DNA of 64,000 nt from Bacteroidales bacterium. Its GTDB lineage: Bacteria; Bacteroidota; Bacteroidia; Bacteroidales; GWA2-32-17. This document shows positions 9,501-18,388 of the stretch, piece after piece (positions within the stretch are counted from its first letter, which is position 1; each line of letters starts with the position of its first letter). The position numbers and the translations under genes are program-made. Under the pieces are notes generated by a model. That model was not told the DNA's origin. It did not search any database and was given only the letters and a program-made list of their open reading frames with translations. The DNA lies in NCBI GenBank assembly GCA_026417155.1, contig JAOADU010000021.1:521-64520 (forward strand). The letters run 5' to 3'.

Positions 9501-11640
9501 CACAGGAAGCAAAAAGAACTATTCATATGTCAAGCAACATGGTTGGCACTATGTTACCATCACCGATTTAACAGCATGTTCATCCATAGATTCGTTTTTT
9601 GTTAAAGTTGATAGTTTAAGCATTATTCCACTATTTATCAACGATACATTAAATCTTTGCAGTGGAAATATACTTTCAATTCAGCAAACTATTCCTAATA
9701 TTACGCACTACTTTTGGAAACCAACGTTAGATACTACAAGCACTATTGTGGTCAATCAAAGCCAATATTACTCTGTAGAAATCGAAAACAAATATGGTTG
9801 CCGAAACAAAGATTCCGTCTATGTAAATATTAAAGGAATTGCTCCAATAGCACAATTTACAGCTTCGCATACTTGCTTAGGCGATACAACTATTCTTGTT
9901 AGCACCTCATATTCCATTGATACCTCTGCCATTATACATTGGCAATGGATTATCAACCAACACGACACAATACTTGGTCAGCAAACCCCATTTATATTTA
10001 CTAATTATGGAAATCAGCTAATTAAATTAATAGTTCAAACACAAAATGGTTGTAGTCAATTCGTTGAAGATACTATTTTAGTTCATCCTTTACCCAATGT
10101 TAATTTTAATGTTTCTGGATTTTGTCAGCTACAACAAACGAATTTCTTCTCTTCAGCAAGTTTGCCTTGGGGACAAGTTGTTGATTACTACTGGAATTTT
10201 GGCGACGGACATACATCCATTGACCAAAATCCATCACACATTTATGATCAACCTGGTAATTATACCGTTTCTTTTACCGCAATAAGTAATGAAGGATGTG
10301 CCAAAACTATCTCAAAACAAATAGATATTAAGTATACGCCCCATGCAGGTTTTTACTATGGAGCTTCGTGTGCTCAAAGTCCAACTTATTTTACCGATAC
10401 TAGTCGTACATTGTCATATTTCCCTATTATTCAATGGAAATGGGATTTTGGCAATGGAACTATTTCCACTTTACAAAATCCTACTTGTATATATCAACAA
10501 GCTGGAAATTATATGGCTACATTAACAATTAAAATTGCCAATGGTTGTACCGATAGTATCTCCAAACAAATAACGGTTACTTCTTCGCCTCAAGCAATGT
10601 TTACACACGACAGCGCTTGTGTACATCAACCTCTTCAGATTACCGATGCTTCTACTATTCAAAATAGTCAAATCACTAAATGGAATTGGTATGTAAACAA
10701 TCAATACTTCTCATCTAACCAAAATATTGTTCTTTATCCTCAACAAACGGGTAATATTTCTGTGTTATTAATTGTAGAATCGCAAACTCATTGCTTAGAT
10801 ACATTTTACAAAACTATACAAATAAAGCCCAAACCTACCGTTAACTTTACAGCCAATCCTAATTACGGGCCTGCTCCTCTTTTCGTTGAATTCAACAATC
10901 AATCCGAAAATGGTCAATCGTACTGGAATTTTGGCGATAATACATATTCACACATTACGCATCCAACACATATTTTCAATGATACTGGCACCTACTCTGT
11001 TTGGCTAAAACTTATTAACAATAATGGTTGTTACGATTCTATTAGCAAAATCATCTTAGTAGTTCCAAATATAAGCGACCTTTCTATTGACGATATACAA
11101 ATATTATGGCAACAACCTTACATTATTGTTTTAGCCAACATTGCAAATACTGGAACTTTGCCTATTGAAAATCCTGAATTACAACTATGGACTAATGGAC
11201 GATTTTTAGTTTCGGAAATACTTTACGACACTTTATTTTCAGGCGATAAAATTTGGTACACTTTCAATGGAAAAATTAATACTAACTATATCGAACCTCG
11301 CTTTGTTTGCATAACAGGCAATATTACTCAGCCCACTAGTGAGGTTAACTACCAAAACAATACTTATTGTAAATCTATTTCAGATGAAGAACAAATTTTA
11401 AATATTTATCCAAATCCCGTAAAGGATAAACTTATTATTGAACTTCAATCGTCCGATAATCAACCAATGTCTCTTATTATAAGCGATATTACGGGTAAAA
11501 TTTTACTCGCTAAAGATATATTTTTAAATAAAAACTTCAATCGCATTCAAATAGATGTCTCTGAACTGTCGGAAGGGATTTATTTTATTCAATTGACATC
11601 AAAAAAACTTAATTTCGTTTACAAATTTTTAAGATACTAA
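6517..11640 (+). CDS. Large T9SS-secreted surface protein: two LamG-like modules, Ig-like and PKD-like domains, type A C-terminal sorting domain
   Basis: Signal peptide MQKIIYILISTLIITSVKSSIVLAQ (ATG at 6517; the track start at 6487 is a TTG). PKD signatures include YYWNFGDGHTSIDQNPSHIYDQPGNYTVSFTAISNEGC and WKWDFGNGTISTLQNPTCIYQQAGNYMATL. C-terminal Por_Secre_tail-like LNIYPNPVKDKLIIELQS...GIYFIQLTS. Confidence 0.85.
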   Translation: MQKIIYILISTLIITSVKSSIVLAQNINFQGLNLWLRADSLVFHNSNYVYEWKDISGNNFHLTQSNSLYQPTFVPQIDSLNHLPAILFNNSYILNNQSITIGTFYIVCNYNANTFQDYCGLITQASVSDGNTDYLIVSSPGNTNFYHSILNQNLYINQNQTYNFAPLRRPKIIKGILNTPVSWNSLMIGYDRSLFTRFWNGYVFEIIIYDRTLSISEQLMVEQYIMNKYAPSVNLPNDTILTTLCPIVVKPQGYYTSYQWSTGQTSDSIVIEQSGTYYITATDIFGRQSIDSIKISFPFPNFESNRFLCPNDSIIIDTQLSETLFSFLWNDSSSQSFITVHTPGSFWVTITDSTNCIYQSDTINVSLDSFANENLLSDTVYLCRGDTLSLLTNSAIKYYWNTGDSTSFIVPLNTGSYKITAYNSNQCQNIDSCFIVIKGQKPSPQILKNNSCVNTIQSYTGNSTGNIIQWTWTFHDTIINGQIVNYSYHQPGIYSVSLYVKDTNTCHSVVSIIDTVFNTPRSSFSIIKGCNPNEFVLLSKVNHTIPIHDYIWNINGQTYYNDSLITIISNNASVSLTTVDIKGCRDTVVQIVNQNISNEVIPAQIIYPKQNQNIFKNTFFFHWNNYSQLSLLELSFNNNFNPIILRTPKSITNSYFINNLIKNRIYYGRVWTYNACHDSVATNFQFNTFLPDSIDGLTIWLRSDSEVVVNSQNKIIQWKDVSGNQHHFDTLSLAQAPYYVANIDSIGQLPSIVFNNGALVLNNTTNIGTLFIVANYKFQSFQNFSGLLTRKEVVDGNSDFFIISSASGTNLYQSILNQQMYINNQSTYNFAPLQRPKIIKGILNNPVLWGDLLIGLDRNIAGRYWQGNVWEFLSFNKALTLNEQNLIETYLMDKYAPPVSLPADTVLTSFCPFTIKPKGYFTSYLWNTNDTSDSITVTKSGKYIITATDIFGRISKDSMIVTFPQTNIPDTIVICYGDSSLVTSALGNLVDYYWSTGSKKNYSYVKQHGWHYVTITDLTACSSIDSFFVKVDSLSIIPLFINDTLNLCSGNILSIQQTIPNITHYFWKPTLDTTSTIVVNQSQYYSVEIENKYGCRNKDSVYVNIKGIAPIAQFTASHTCLGDTTILVSTSYSIDTSAIIHWQWIINQHDTILGQQTPFIFTNYGNQLIKLIVQTQNGCSQFVEDTILVHPLPNVNFNVSGFCQLQQTNFFSSASLPWGQVVDYYWNFGDGHTSIDQNPSHIYDQPGNYTVSFTAISNEGCAKTISKQIDIKYTPHAGFYYGASCAQSPTYFTDTSRTLSYFPIIQWKWDFGNGTISTLQNPTCIYQQAGNYMATLTIKIANGCTDSISKQITVTSSPQAMFTHDSACVHQPLQITDASTIQNSQITKWNWYVNNQYFSSNQNIVLYPQQTGNISVLLIVESQTHCLDTFYKTIQIKPKPTVNFTANPNYGPAPLFVEFNNQSENGQSYWNFGDNTYSHITHPTHIFNDTGTYSVWLKLINNNGCYDSISKIILVVPNISDLSIDDIQILWQQPYIIVLANIANTGTLPIENPELQLWTNGRFLVSEILYDTLFSGDKIWYTFNGKINTNYIEPRFVCITGNITQPTSEVNYQNNTYCKSISDEEQILNIYPNPVKDKLIIELQSSDNQPMSLIISDITGKILLAKDIFLNKNFNRIQIDVSELSEGIYFIQLTSKKLNFVYKFLRY
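6610..7410 (+). repeat. Internal duplicated module A (LamG-like + Ig-like) of the 1707-aa protein
   Basis: LNLWLRADSLVFHNSNYVYEWKDISGNNFHL...HLPAILFNN...FAPLRRPKIIKGILNTPV...EQYIMNKYAPSVNLPNDTILTTLCPIVVKPQGYYTSYQWSTGQTSDSI...ITATDIFGRQSIDSI aligns colinearly with module B. Confidence 0.8.
8602..9418 (+). repeat. Internal duplicated module B (LamG-like + Ig-like)
   Basis: LTIWLRSDSEVVVNSQNKIIQWKDVSGNQHHF...QLPSIVFNN...FAPLQRPKIIKGILNNPV...ETYLMDKYAPPVSLPADTVLTSFCPFTIKPKGYFTSYLWNTNDTSDSI...ITATDIFGRISKDSM. It lies about 2.0 kb downstream of module A. Confidence 0.8.
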
Positions 11641-11641
11641 T

Positions 11642-13285
11642 ATGTATTTACTTTTAGCTACTTACAATCAACATAAGTATAAAGAAATGTTAGAGTTAAT
11701 GCCTTTTTCGGTACAACTATCTTCTTTAACACTCGACCCTATTCCCTTAAAATCTATCGACGAAACAGGTCAAACATATGAAGAAAATGCACTCATAAAA
11801 GTACGCACAGTAGCAAAATATAAACCCTATACAGCCATTATAGCCGACGACTCTGGATTAGAAGTCTTCGAACTCAACGGACAACCCGGCGTATACTCTG
11901 CTCGATATGCAGGCGACAAAGCTACCGATAACGACAATATACAAAAATTACTTCATGAACTTAACGGCAAAACTAATCGTCAAGCTCAGTTCAGATGCTG
12001 TATTGCATTTAGATATTTAAACGAAGAGCATATATTCGAGGGCATTTGCAAAGGAAGCATAATAGAAGAGCCACGCGGCACCAATGGCTTTGGATACGAC
12101 CCTATTTTCATACCTGAAGGGTATCATCAAACATTTGCCGAAATGCCACAAGAACTTAAAAATAAAATTAGCCATCGTGCCATTGCTGTACAAAAACTTA
12201 TTCAATTTCTAGAAGAAAATAAATTTATTTACAAACCTTTGCAATTTAATCATTCCCAAGGAACTACTAATATTTATTTTGATACTCTTTCGAACTTTTT
12301 GCATTATAAAAAAGATCAACGCAAAGTTTTTATTATCGATAAATCTATTTATAATATTTATAATGATAATTTTAAATACCTAGAAGAACCCGTTTTATTG
12401 ATAAAAGCATCTGAGAAAAATAAATCGCTAAAAACGGTTAAAAAAATTTTCGATTTTTTTTATGAAAACTCTGTTGATCGAAATACTAATGTTTTCGTAA
12501 TTGGTGGTGGCGTTACAACCGATATGGGAGCTTTTGCTACTTCAACATGGAAACGAGGCTGCAGGTTAACGCTTATACCTACTACTGCTATGGCAATGGT
12601 AGATGCCTCCATTGGTGGAAAAACCGCTATAAATTTTAAACACACAAAAAACCTTATTGGTACTTTTTACCAACCCGAAGCTATTTTAATTGATATTAAC
12701 ATTTTCAATAATTTGCCACAAGAATATTTAGAACAAGCTTTTGCTGAAATAATAAAACATGCTATTTGTTTCGACAAACAATATTTTCATGCTTTATTAA
12801 ATGAAGCCAAAACTCGTTATGCTCCCGAAGGTATAAGATTTTATGTTGATGATATAAAAAAAAGTATTGAAATTAAACTAAACATCGTATTACAAGACAC
12901 AGAAGAAAAACATATGCGAAAATTATTAAATTTTGGACATACTGTTGGACATGCTATCGAAATGGCTTACAATTTACCCCATGGCAAAGCACTTTATAGA
13001 GGAATGATGCTCGAATTAAAAACTTTTATTAAAATGGGTTATTGTAACGAAGATGTTTTACATAAACTTTTTTCTATTTATAATGGATATTTTATTTTAT
13101 ATAATTACCCACGTATTTCTTTCAAGAAAATTAAGCATTACATCTTACAAGACAAGAAGATTAACAACGACTTTATTATACTGCCCATCATTAAAGACAT
13201 AGGCACTACAGAGCTATTAAAAATTAACAAGTCTGAATTTTTAAAAACACTGAAACTTGTTATTGATGAAACATATAAAAGTTAA
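11642..13285 (+). CDS. aroB: Fusion protein: RdgB/HAM1 non-canonical purine NTP pyrophosphatase (N-terminal) + 3-dehydroquinate synthase AroB (C-terminal)
   Basis: N-terminal half: LATYNQHKYKEM, DDSGLEVFELNGQPGVYSARYAG, FGYDPIFIPEGYHQTFAEM...KNKISHRAIA (RdgB). C-terminal half: VIGGGVTTDMGAFATSTW, IPTTAMAMVDASIGGKTAINF, LLNFGHTVGHAIE (AroB). It is one uninterrupted 547-codon ORF. Confidence 0.8.
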   Translation: MYLLLATYNQHKYKEMLELMPFSVQLSSLTLDPIPLKSIDETGQTYEENALIKVRTVAKYKPYTAIIADDSGLEVFELNGQPGVYSARYAGDKATDNDNIQKLLHELNGKTNRQAQFRCCIAFRYLNEEHIFEGICKGSIIEEPRGTNGFGYDPIFIPEGYHQTFAEMPQELKNKISHRAIAVQKLIQFLEENKFIYKPLQFNHSQGTTNIYFDTLSNFLHYKKDQRKVFIIDKSIYNIYNDNFKYLEEPVLLIKASEKNKSLKTVKKIFDFFYENSVDRNTNVFVIGGGVTTDMGAFATSTWKRGCRLTLIPTTAMAMVDASIGGKTAINFKHTKNLIGTFYQPEAILIDINIFNNLPQEYLEQAFAEIIKHAICFDKQYFHALLNEAKTRYAPEGIRFYVDDIKKSIEIKLNIVLQDTEEKHMRKLLNFGHTVGHAIEMAYNLPHGKALYRGMMLELKTFIKMGYCNEDVLHKLFSIYNGYFILYNYPRISFKKIKHYILQDKKINNDFIILPIIKDIGTTELLKINKSEFLKTLKLVIDETYKS

Positions 13286-14504
13286 TATACCATATATTTC
13301 AGGAATCTGGCAAGCACCGTCGTCAAAAAGCGAGTTAATTCGTCGCATAGCTATTGCCATGCGATGCAAAGATCAAAGTACATTCTCTAATGTTACTTGG
13401 TGCAACGATAGTTACGCCATGTTGAATATTGCCGAAAACTGGGGAGCTCATATCAACATTTCTCAAGGAATTATGCATATTAAGGGTACTCCCGTTCCTG
13501 TTTTGCATGAATATCAATGCGATGAATCGGCGCTATGTTTACGTTTAATGTTGCCTATTTTGTCTATGCATAACGGGACTTTTTTATTACTAGCTCAAGG
13601 AACTCTATTAAAACGACCTATAGGCGAAATAGAACAAATTCTCCAACAAATGGGAGCAAGCATTCACAACCAACAAAACTACCCACCCATAAAAATCACT
13701 GGATCCATAAAACCCAATAAAATTACTATTGAATATCCTATATCATCTCAACATATAAGTGGTTTACTAATGACATTGCCATTACTACCTGAAAATAGTT
13801 ACATTAAACTTAACAGAGTTGTTAGCTTGCCTTACATTCAACTTACCATTCAAGTACTTCGCGAAGCAGGAATAGTCATTCAAACAAACGAAACACTAAC
13901 AGAATATCATATAGAAGGGAATCAAGTAATAAAACCTATTACAACTAATATTGAAGGCGATTGGAGTGCAGCATCGTTAATATGTGCTGCAGCAGCCATA
14001 GATGGCAATATACAATTAAACAATTTATCAGTCAACTCGTTACAAGCCGATAAGGAAATTCTACATTTTTTAAATCATAAGAAATTACATATTAGCACAC
14101 AAAAAATACACTCATTTACTGCTGATATAACTCATTACCCCGATTTATTTCCTGCACTGCTAATTTTAGCTGCACATGCCAATAATAACTCGGAAATACA
14201 TGGCATTAACCGTTTAATACACAAAGAAAGCAATCGACTCGAAGCATTTGTAAAAGAATTTTCAAAATTTGGTATTCGTTTTTCGATTGATGGCGACATA
14301 TTAAAAATTCGTCCTCCTATTGAATTAGTTTCGTGCGAAATTGATCCTCATTACGACCATCGCATAGCCATGGCGGCTGCATTAATGGTTATAGGGACAA
14401 AAGCAACCGTAACTATTCATAATGCTCAATGTGTCAACAAATCGTATCCTTCTTTTTGGGAAGATTTAAGTTGTTTGGGTGCAAAAATTACTGAAATAGA
14501 ATAA
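13266..14504 (+). CDS. aroA: 3-phosphoshikimate 1-carboxyvinyltransferase (EPSP synthase)
   Basis: APSSKSELIRRIAIA, LLKRPIGEI, HKESNRLEAF and DHRIAMAAALM motifs. ATG at 13266 (the track TTG is at 13257). Overlaps the aroB stop by 20 nt. Confidence 0.9.
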   Translation: MKHIKVNIPYISGIWQAPSSKSELIRRIAIAMRCKDQSTFSNVTWCNDSYAMLNIAENWGAHINISQGIMHIKGTPVPVLHEYQCDESALCLRLMLPILSMHNGTFLLLAQGTLLKRPIGEIEQILQQMGASIHNQQNYPPIKITGSIKPNKITIEYPISSQHISGLLMTLPLLPENSYIKLNRVVSLPYIQLTIQVLREAGIVIQTNETLTEYHIEGNQVIKPITTNIEGDWSAASLICAAAAIDGNIQLNNLSVNSLQADKEILHFLNHKKLHISTQKIHSFTADITHYPDLFPALLILAAHANNNSEIHGINRLIHKESNRLEAFVKEFSKFGIRFSIDGDILKIRPPIELVSCEIDPHYDHRIAMAAALMVIGTKATVTIHNAQCVNKSYPSFWEDLSCLGAKITEIE

Positions 14505-14610
14505 TAAAGCACTGCTTTTTCGCAGAGCTACAGTTTTTGATTTTTTCTTTTGAAAATTGTTTAATCTATTGCAACAAAACTATTCTTCAAAAAGCAATCA
14601 ATAAAATTAC

Positions 14611-15084
14611 TTAAGATACATACGCCTTATACATCCAAATTAACTTTTCTTTTTCACGAATATAATCGCTCATCAATGCGTTTGTGCCTTCATCATTGGT
14701 TTCGGCAGAAAGTTTTAGAATTTCGCGCTCCATCTCTAAAACAGTTTGAAATGCCTCAATAACGCTAAGTACCGTTGATTTTGCATCAAATAAATTTCGG
14801 GCTTCTTTTACTTTACTATACATTAAAAAGTCGCTAAAAGAATGCAGCGGAACTTCGCCAAGTGTCAATATTCTTTCGGCAATTTCATCAATTTTTAGCT
14901 GCAAATCGTTATATAATTCTTCAAATTTTAAATGAAGTTCGAAAAACTTTTCGCCTTTAATGTTCCAATGAAATCCGCGAACATTCATGTAAAATACATG
15001 ATAATTGGCTAATAACACATTTAATTTTTCACTTAATTCTTTCGATTTGAGGCTATCTAAGCCTATTTGATTTTTTGTTTCCAT
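14611..15084 (-). CDS. dps: Dps family DNA-protecting ferritin-like protein
   Basis: LNVLLANYHVFYMNVRGFHWNIKGEKFFELHLKFEELY...DEIAERI is the classic Dps ferroxidase-centre region. Lies 4 nt downstream of the fur-like gene. Confidence 0.9.
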   Translation of the reverse strand: METKNQIGLDSLKSKELSEKLNVLLANYHVFYMNVRGFHWNIKGEKFFELHLKFEELYNDLQLKIDEIAERILTLGEVPLHSFSDFLMYSKVKEARNLFDAKSTVLSVIEAFQTVLEMEREILKLSAETNDEGTNALMSDYIREKEKLIWMYKAYVS

Positions 15085-15088
15085 ATTC

Positions 15089-15499
15089 TTACATTTTTAT
15101 TGGTTTTCCTTTAATTTCAACTTTAACATCAATTATTTCGTAATTATTGATTTGTTTCGTATTAAAATATTCTTTCAATATGTTACTCAATGTTTCATCA
15201 TAAAAATCAATAATTTGTCCTGTTTCTATATTATGAATATGATGATGAGGCTGATCTTTAAAATCGTATCGAAGCTTGCCATCAATTGTTGATATTTTTT
15301 CCACAATGCCTTTTTCATAAAATTGTTCTAAAATATTGTATAAAGTAGCTTTCGATAAGCCATGTACTTGCATTTTCAAGTCAGCATACAATTCTTCAAC
15401 ACAAGGATGATTTTTTCGACGAATTAAGGCCTCTAAAACAAGTGCCCGCTGATGCGTTACTTTTAAACCTGCACGAGATAATATTTCTTGAATATTCAT
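15089..15499 (-). CDS. Fur family transcriptional regulator (PerR/Fur-like)
   Basis: Winged-helix LKVTHQRALVLEAL...HPCVEELYADL...SKATLYNILEQFYEKGIV and His cluster QPHHHIHNIETG. Both CxxC pairs of the structural Zn site are absent. Confidence 0.8.
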   Translation of the reverse strand: MNIQEILSRAGLKVTHQRALVLEALIRRKNHPCVEELYADLKMQVHGLSKATLYNILEQFYEKGIVEKISTIDGKLRYDFKDQPHHHIHNIETGQIIDFYDETLSNILKEYFNTKQINNYEIIDVKVEIKGKPIKM

Positions 15500-15516
15500 G
15501 AGCTTTTAATTTGATA

Positions 15517-15524
15517 CAAAGATA
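15517..15524 (-). promoter_or_regulatory. Candidate -7 promoter box TATCTTTG for the fur-like/dps operon
   Basis: The minus-strand sequence matches TAnnTTTG and ends 17 nt upstream of the ATG at 15499. Confidence 0.4.
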
Positions 15525-15536
15525 ATAAATATTTTT

Positions 15537-15557
15537 AAATAATAATTTTTATTATTT
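15537..15557. promoter_or_regulatory. Perfect 9-3-9 inverted repeat AAATAATAA-TTT-TTATTATTT, candidate Fur/PerR-type operator
   Basis: The palindrome was read directly from the sequence. It sits just upstream of the -7 box, over the expected -33 region of the fur-like gene. It is AT-rich like Fur/PerR boxes (TTATAAT-N-ATTATAA type). Confidence 0.4.
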
Positions 15558-15580
15558 GATATTTAGCATTTTTTAAGAAA

Positions 15581-18283
15581 TTATTTTTTTAAGACTCGTA
15601 TCGAGTATTTTTCTTTCTTGCCATTAATACTTATGTAGTATAATCCTGATGGATAATGAAACAAAGATATTTTCATTAAATTTGGATAGAATTTTTGCTC
15701 AACTAATTGTCCTAACTGATTAAAAATGCTCACCGTAACGTTAATTTCAGGTTTGCTTAAATATATTTCATCTAAGGTAGGATTGGGATATATACTTGTT
15801 GTCGATACCCATGAATTATTGCTTACATGAATGGTTGTATCGAATAATTTGCTTGCATATACAGCATTCTGAATAAGTTCAGAATAATTTTTGCCTAAAA
15901 TCATCATAAAATTATATACCGTTGTGTCGTTTGAATGTAATGCAACAGGACCATACCCAACAAATATTGACACATCGTTACCATTAGTATTTCCTGCTGA
16001 TAAGCGTTTTTGTTTTATTACCTGTTTTATTTCATTCAGGTCTATGCCGTCTGTAACTTTAATGCTCTGATTGCTACCATCATTATCTACTGCATAGATA
16101 CATGTTTGTTTTTTATCTGGCAACAATAATCCGCAATGAATACCATTAATATAAGGAGCGTAAACATAAATAATCTTCATTAAACTATCATATCGAACAA
16201 CATTCTTTTCGGCATTATACAAATCTATATCTGCATACAATCCAATATAAAAAGAGTCGATCGATGTTGTGGCGTAGTTTATTATCTTATATTGCAAATT
16301 TATTAAATCATTCAACGAATCTGACTTGTATAAACTAATGCTATGAAAAATACTAACATTAAAATTATTTTGAGCAGCATTTCCTGAAAAAGCAGAATGA
16401 GCCTTTAAGCTATCTGGTTCGTTTTCAATCGAAACTTTTTGCACAGGCAGAAAGTCTCTATTTGACGAAAAACTCCATAATGCCGTATTTTTTGCATATA
16501 CAAACAGTCCCATATCCGAAACCAACGATGAAGGTTGTTGGTATAATATCCCTTGCCCTTGAACAGGGTATAATTCATTATATCCAACTTTTCCATTAGA
16601 GCATACCGTAAGAGTTATATTGTTATTCGAAATTGTTTGGTAGCTTTTATTTATTGTTGTTCTATAATGAAACGAATCGACATACTCATTATCTGTTACA
16701 TGAATAAATAAATCAGTATTTGCATCTAATGGACACTGTGGCAAAATTAATAATGAACAACGTAGCGAATTATTTGCAATGATTTCAAGACTATCAATAT
16801 ATTGTATATTTATTTCATTCAATGGTAATAAATAATTCGAATCACTTGAAACAGATATATGCAAGTTTTGCAAGGGTTTAAATAAATTTATCAATGAAAA
16901 AGTTAAGATTATTGTATCATGCATTTCTTCAACTTGAAAATTGAATACATTTACTGCTTTTCTAATAGGTTGTGTAACTGCCTTTAATGCATTAACACGA
17001 CCTTTGCCGAGTTTATTTTGAAATTGTTGATTCGGAGCAATAGTATCAATGATATCTGTCGATTGAGCTACAATAGCCTTAAGTTGAAACATATTTATTT
17101 TTTTTTGATACTGCGAATAAGCAAGAGCTGCAACCGACGAAGCCAAGGGCGAAGCATACGACGTGCCCCAACCAAATGTATATCCATTATTTGAAAAAGT
17201 AGAATAAACGTTTTCGCCAGGTGCTGAAACATCGACATGATAGCCATAACACGATTTGTTCCATTTGACATCTATTTGATTGGTTGCTGCAACACACATT
17301 ACTTCGGGATAAGCTGCCGGATAATAAATATCGTTTGTTGTATGGCCTTTATTTCCTGCTGCTGCAAAAACTAGGCATCCTCTATTATACGTAGCATATC
17401 GTATTACATCATAGCTAAATTCTGTAGGGATTGGGCTACCCCAAGAGCAATTTATTATTTTACAGCCATGATCGGCAGCATATACAACACCTTCGTAACT
17501 TCGTGACAATACTCCCATAGAATCAATTATTTTTACGGGCAAGAACCGTACTTTATAAGCTACTCCAGCTATACCAATAGCATTGTTTGTTGTAGGAGCT
17601 GCCATCCCTGCAACAAATACACCATGTGGATTGGCACCTAAATTATTTTCACTCCATTCTGGGCTATTATCGTTATTCCCCATATCCCACCCTCTATAAT
17701 TATCGGTAAATCCATCCCCATCATTATCAACACCATCTATTGGATCTGCATAATTATAAGCAATATTTTCCCACAAATCGTCATGAGCAAGTTCTACGCC
17801 CGTATCAATTATTCCTATTACTACTGTACTATCGCCTTTTGAAATGTTCCAAGCGTCAAAAGCTTTTACATTTTGTAAATAATATTGTGCCCCCAAAGAA
17901 GGATCGTTTGTAGATTCTAATAATTCGGGATAATCTTTTTTATGGCAATAAAGTATTTCTGATAAATTACTTATTTTTCTTATTAAATCGGCTGTGTTAA
18001 TACTATCATATATCCTTAGCTCATAAATAGTTGATAAATCGGTACAATATGGAAAAAAAATATACGAAGTGTCGGGCATATAACTGTTTGGAAACAATTG
18101 TGTTAATTTATAAGTATAGTTATTCAGTATTGCTTTTAATGACGAAATTTGTACATTATCGTTTTTACAAAATTGCTTAAAATGTGGATTTACTTTAAAA
18201 ATTAAATTCGTTTGAGCATAATTCGATGTAAATAAAAGGCTGAATATTAAGATAGTAAAAAATTTTCTCAAAAAAACATACAT
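15581..18283 (-). CDS. S8 family subtilisin-like serine peptidase, T9SS type A cargo
   Basis: Catalytic triad contexts VIGIIDTGVELAHDDL (Asp), NPHGVFVAGMAA (His), GTSYASPLASSVAAL (Ser). Signal peptide. C-terminal IYPNPTLDEIYLSKPE...GLYYISINGKK sorting domain. Confidence 0.9.
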   Translation of the reverse strand: MYVFLRKFFTILIFSLLFTSNYAQTNLIFKVNPHFKQFCKNDNVQISSLKAILNNYTYKLTQLFPNSYMPDTSYIFFPYCTDLSTIYELRIYDSINTADLIRKISNLSEILYCHKKDYPELLESTNDPSLGAQYYLQNVKAFDAWNISKGDSTVVIGIIDTGVELAHDDLWENIAYNYADPIDGVDNDGDGFTDNYRGWDMGNNDNSPEWSENNLGANPHGVFVAGMAAPTTNNAIGIAGVAYKVRFLPVKIIDSMGVLSRSYEGVVYAADHGCKIINCSWGSPIPTEFSYDVIRYATYNRGCLVFAAAGNKGHTTNDIYYPAAYPEVMCVAATNQIDVKWNKSCYGYHVDVSAPGENVYSTFSNNGYTFGWGTSYASPLASSVAALAYSQYQKKINMFQLKAIVAQSTDIIDTIAPNQQFQNKLGKGRVNALKAVTQPIRKAVNVFNFQVEEMHDTIILTFSLINLFKPLQNLHISVSSDSNYLLPLNEINIQYIDSLEIIANNSLRCSLLILPQCPLDANTDLFIHVTDNEYVDSFHYRTTINKSYQTISNNNITLTVCSNGKVGYNELYPVQGQGILYQQPSSLVSDMGLFVYAKNTALWSFSSNRDFLPVQKVSIENEPDSLKAHSAFSGNAAQNNFNVSIFHSISLYKSDSLNDLINLQYKIINYATTSIDSFYIGLYADIDLYNAEKNVVRYDSLMKIIYVYAPYINGIHCGLLLPDKKQTCIYAVDNDGSNQSIKVTDGIDLNEIKQVIKQKRLSAGNTNGNDVSIFVGYGPVALHSNDTTVYNFMMILGKNYSELIQNAVYASKLFDTTIHVSNNSWVSTTSIYPNPTLDEIYLSKPEINVTVSIFNQLGQLVEQKFYPNLMKISLFHYPSGLYYISINGKKEKYSIRVLKK

Positions 18284-18388
18284 AGAAATAAAACCCTATT
18301 TTAATTTTAACGTAAAATGTTTGTAAATTTAGATATTATTTTACGAAAGTTATTTAACTGTTGACGAATAATTATAAAATATAAACTT

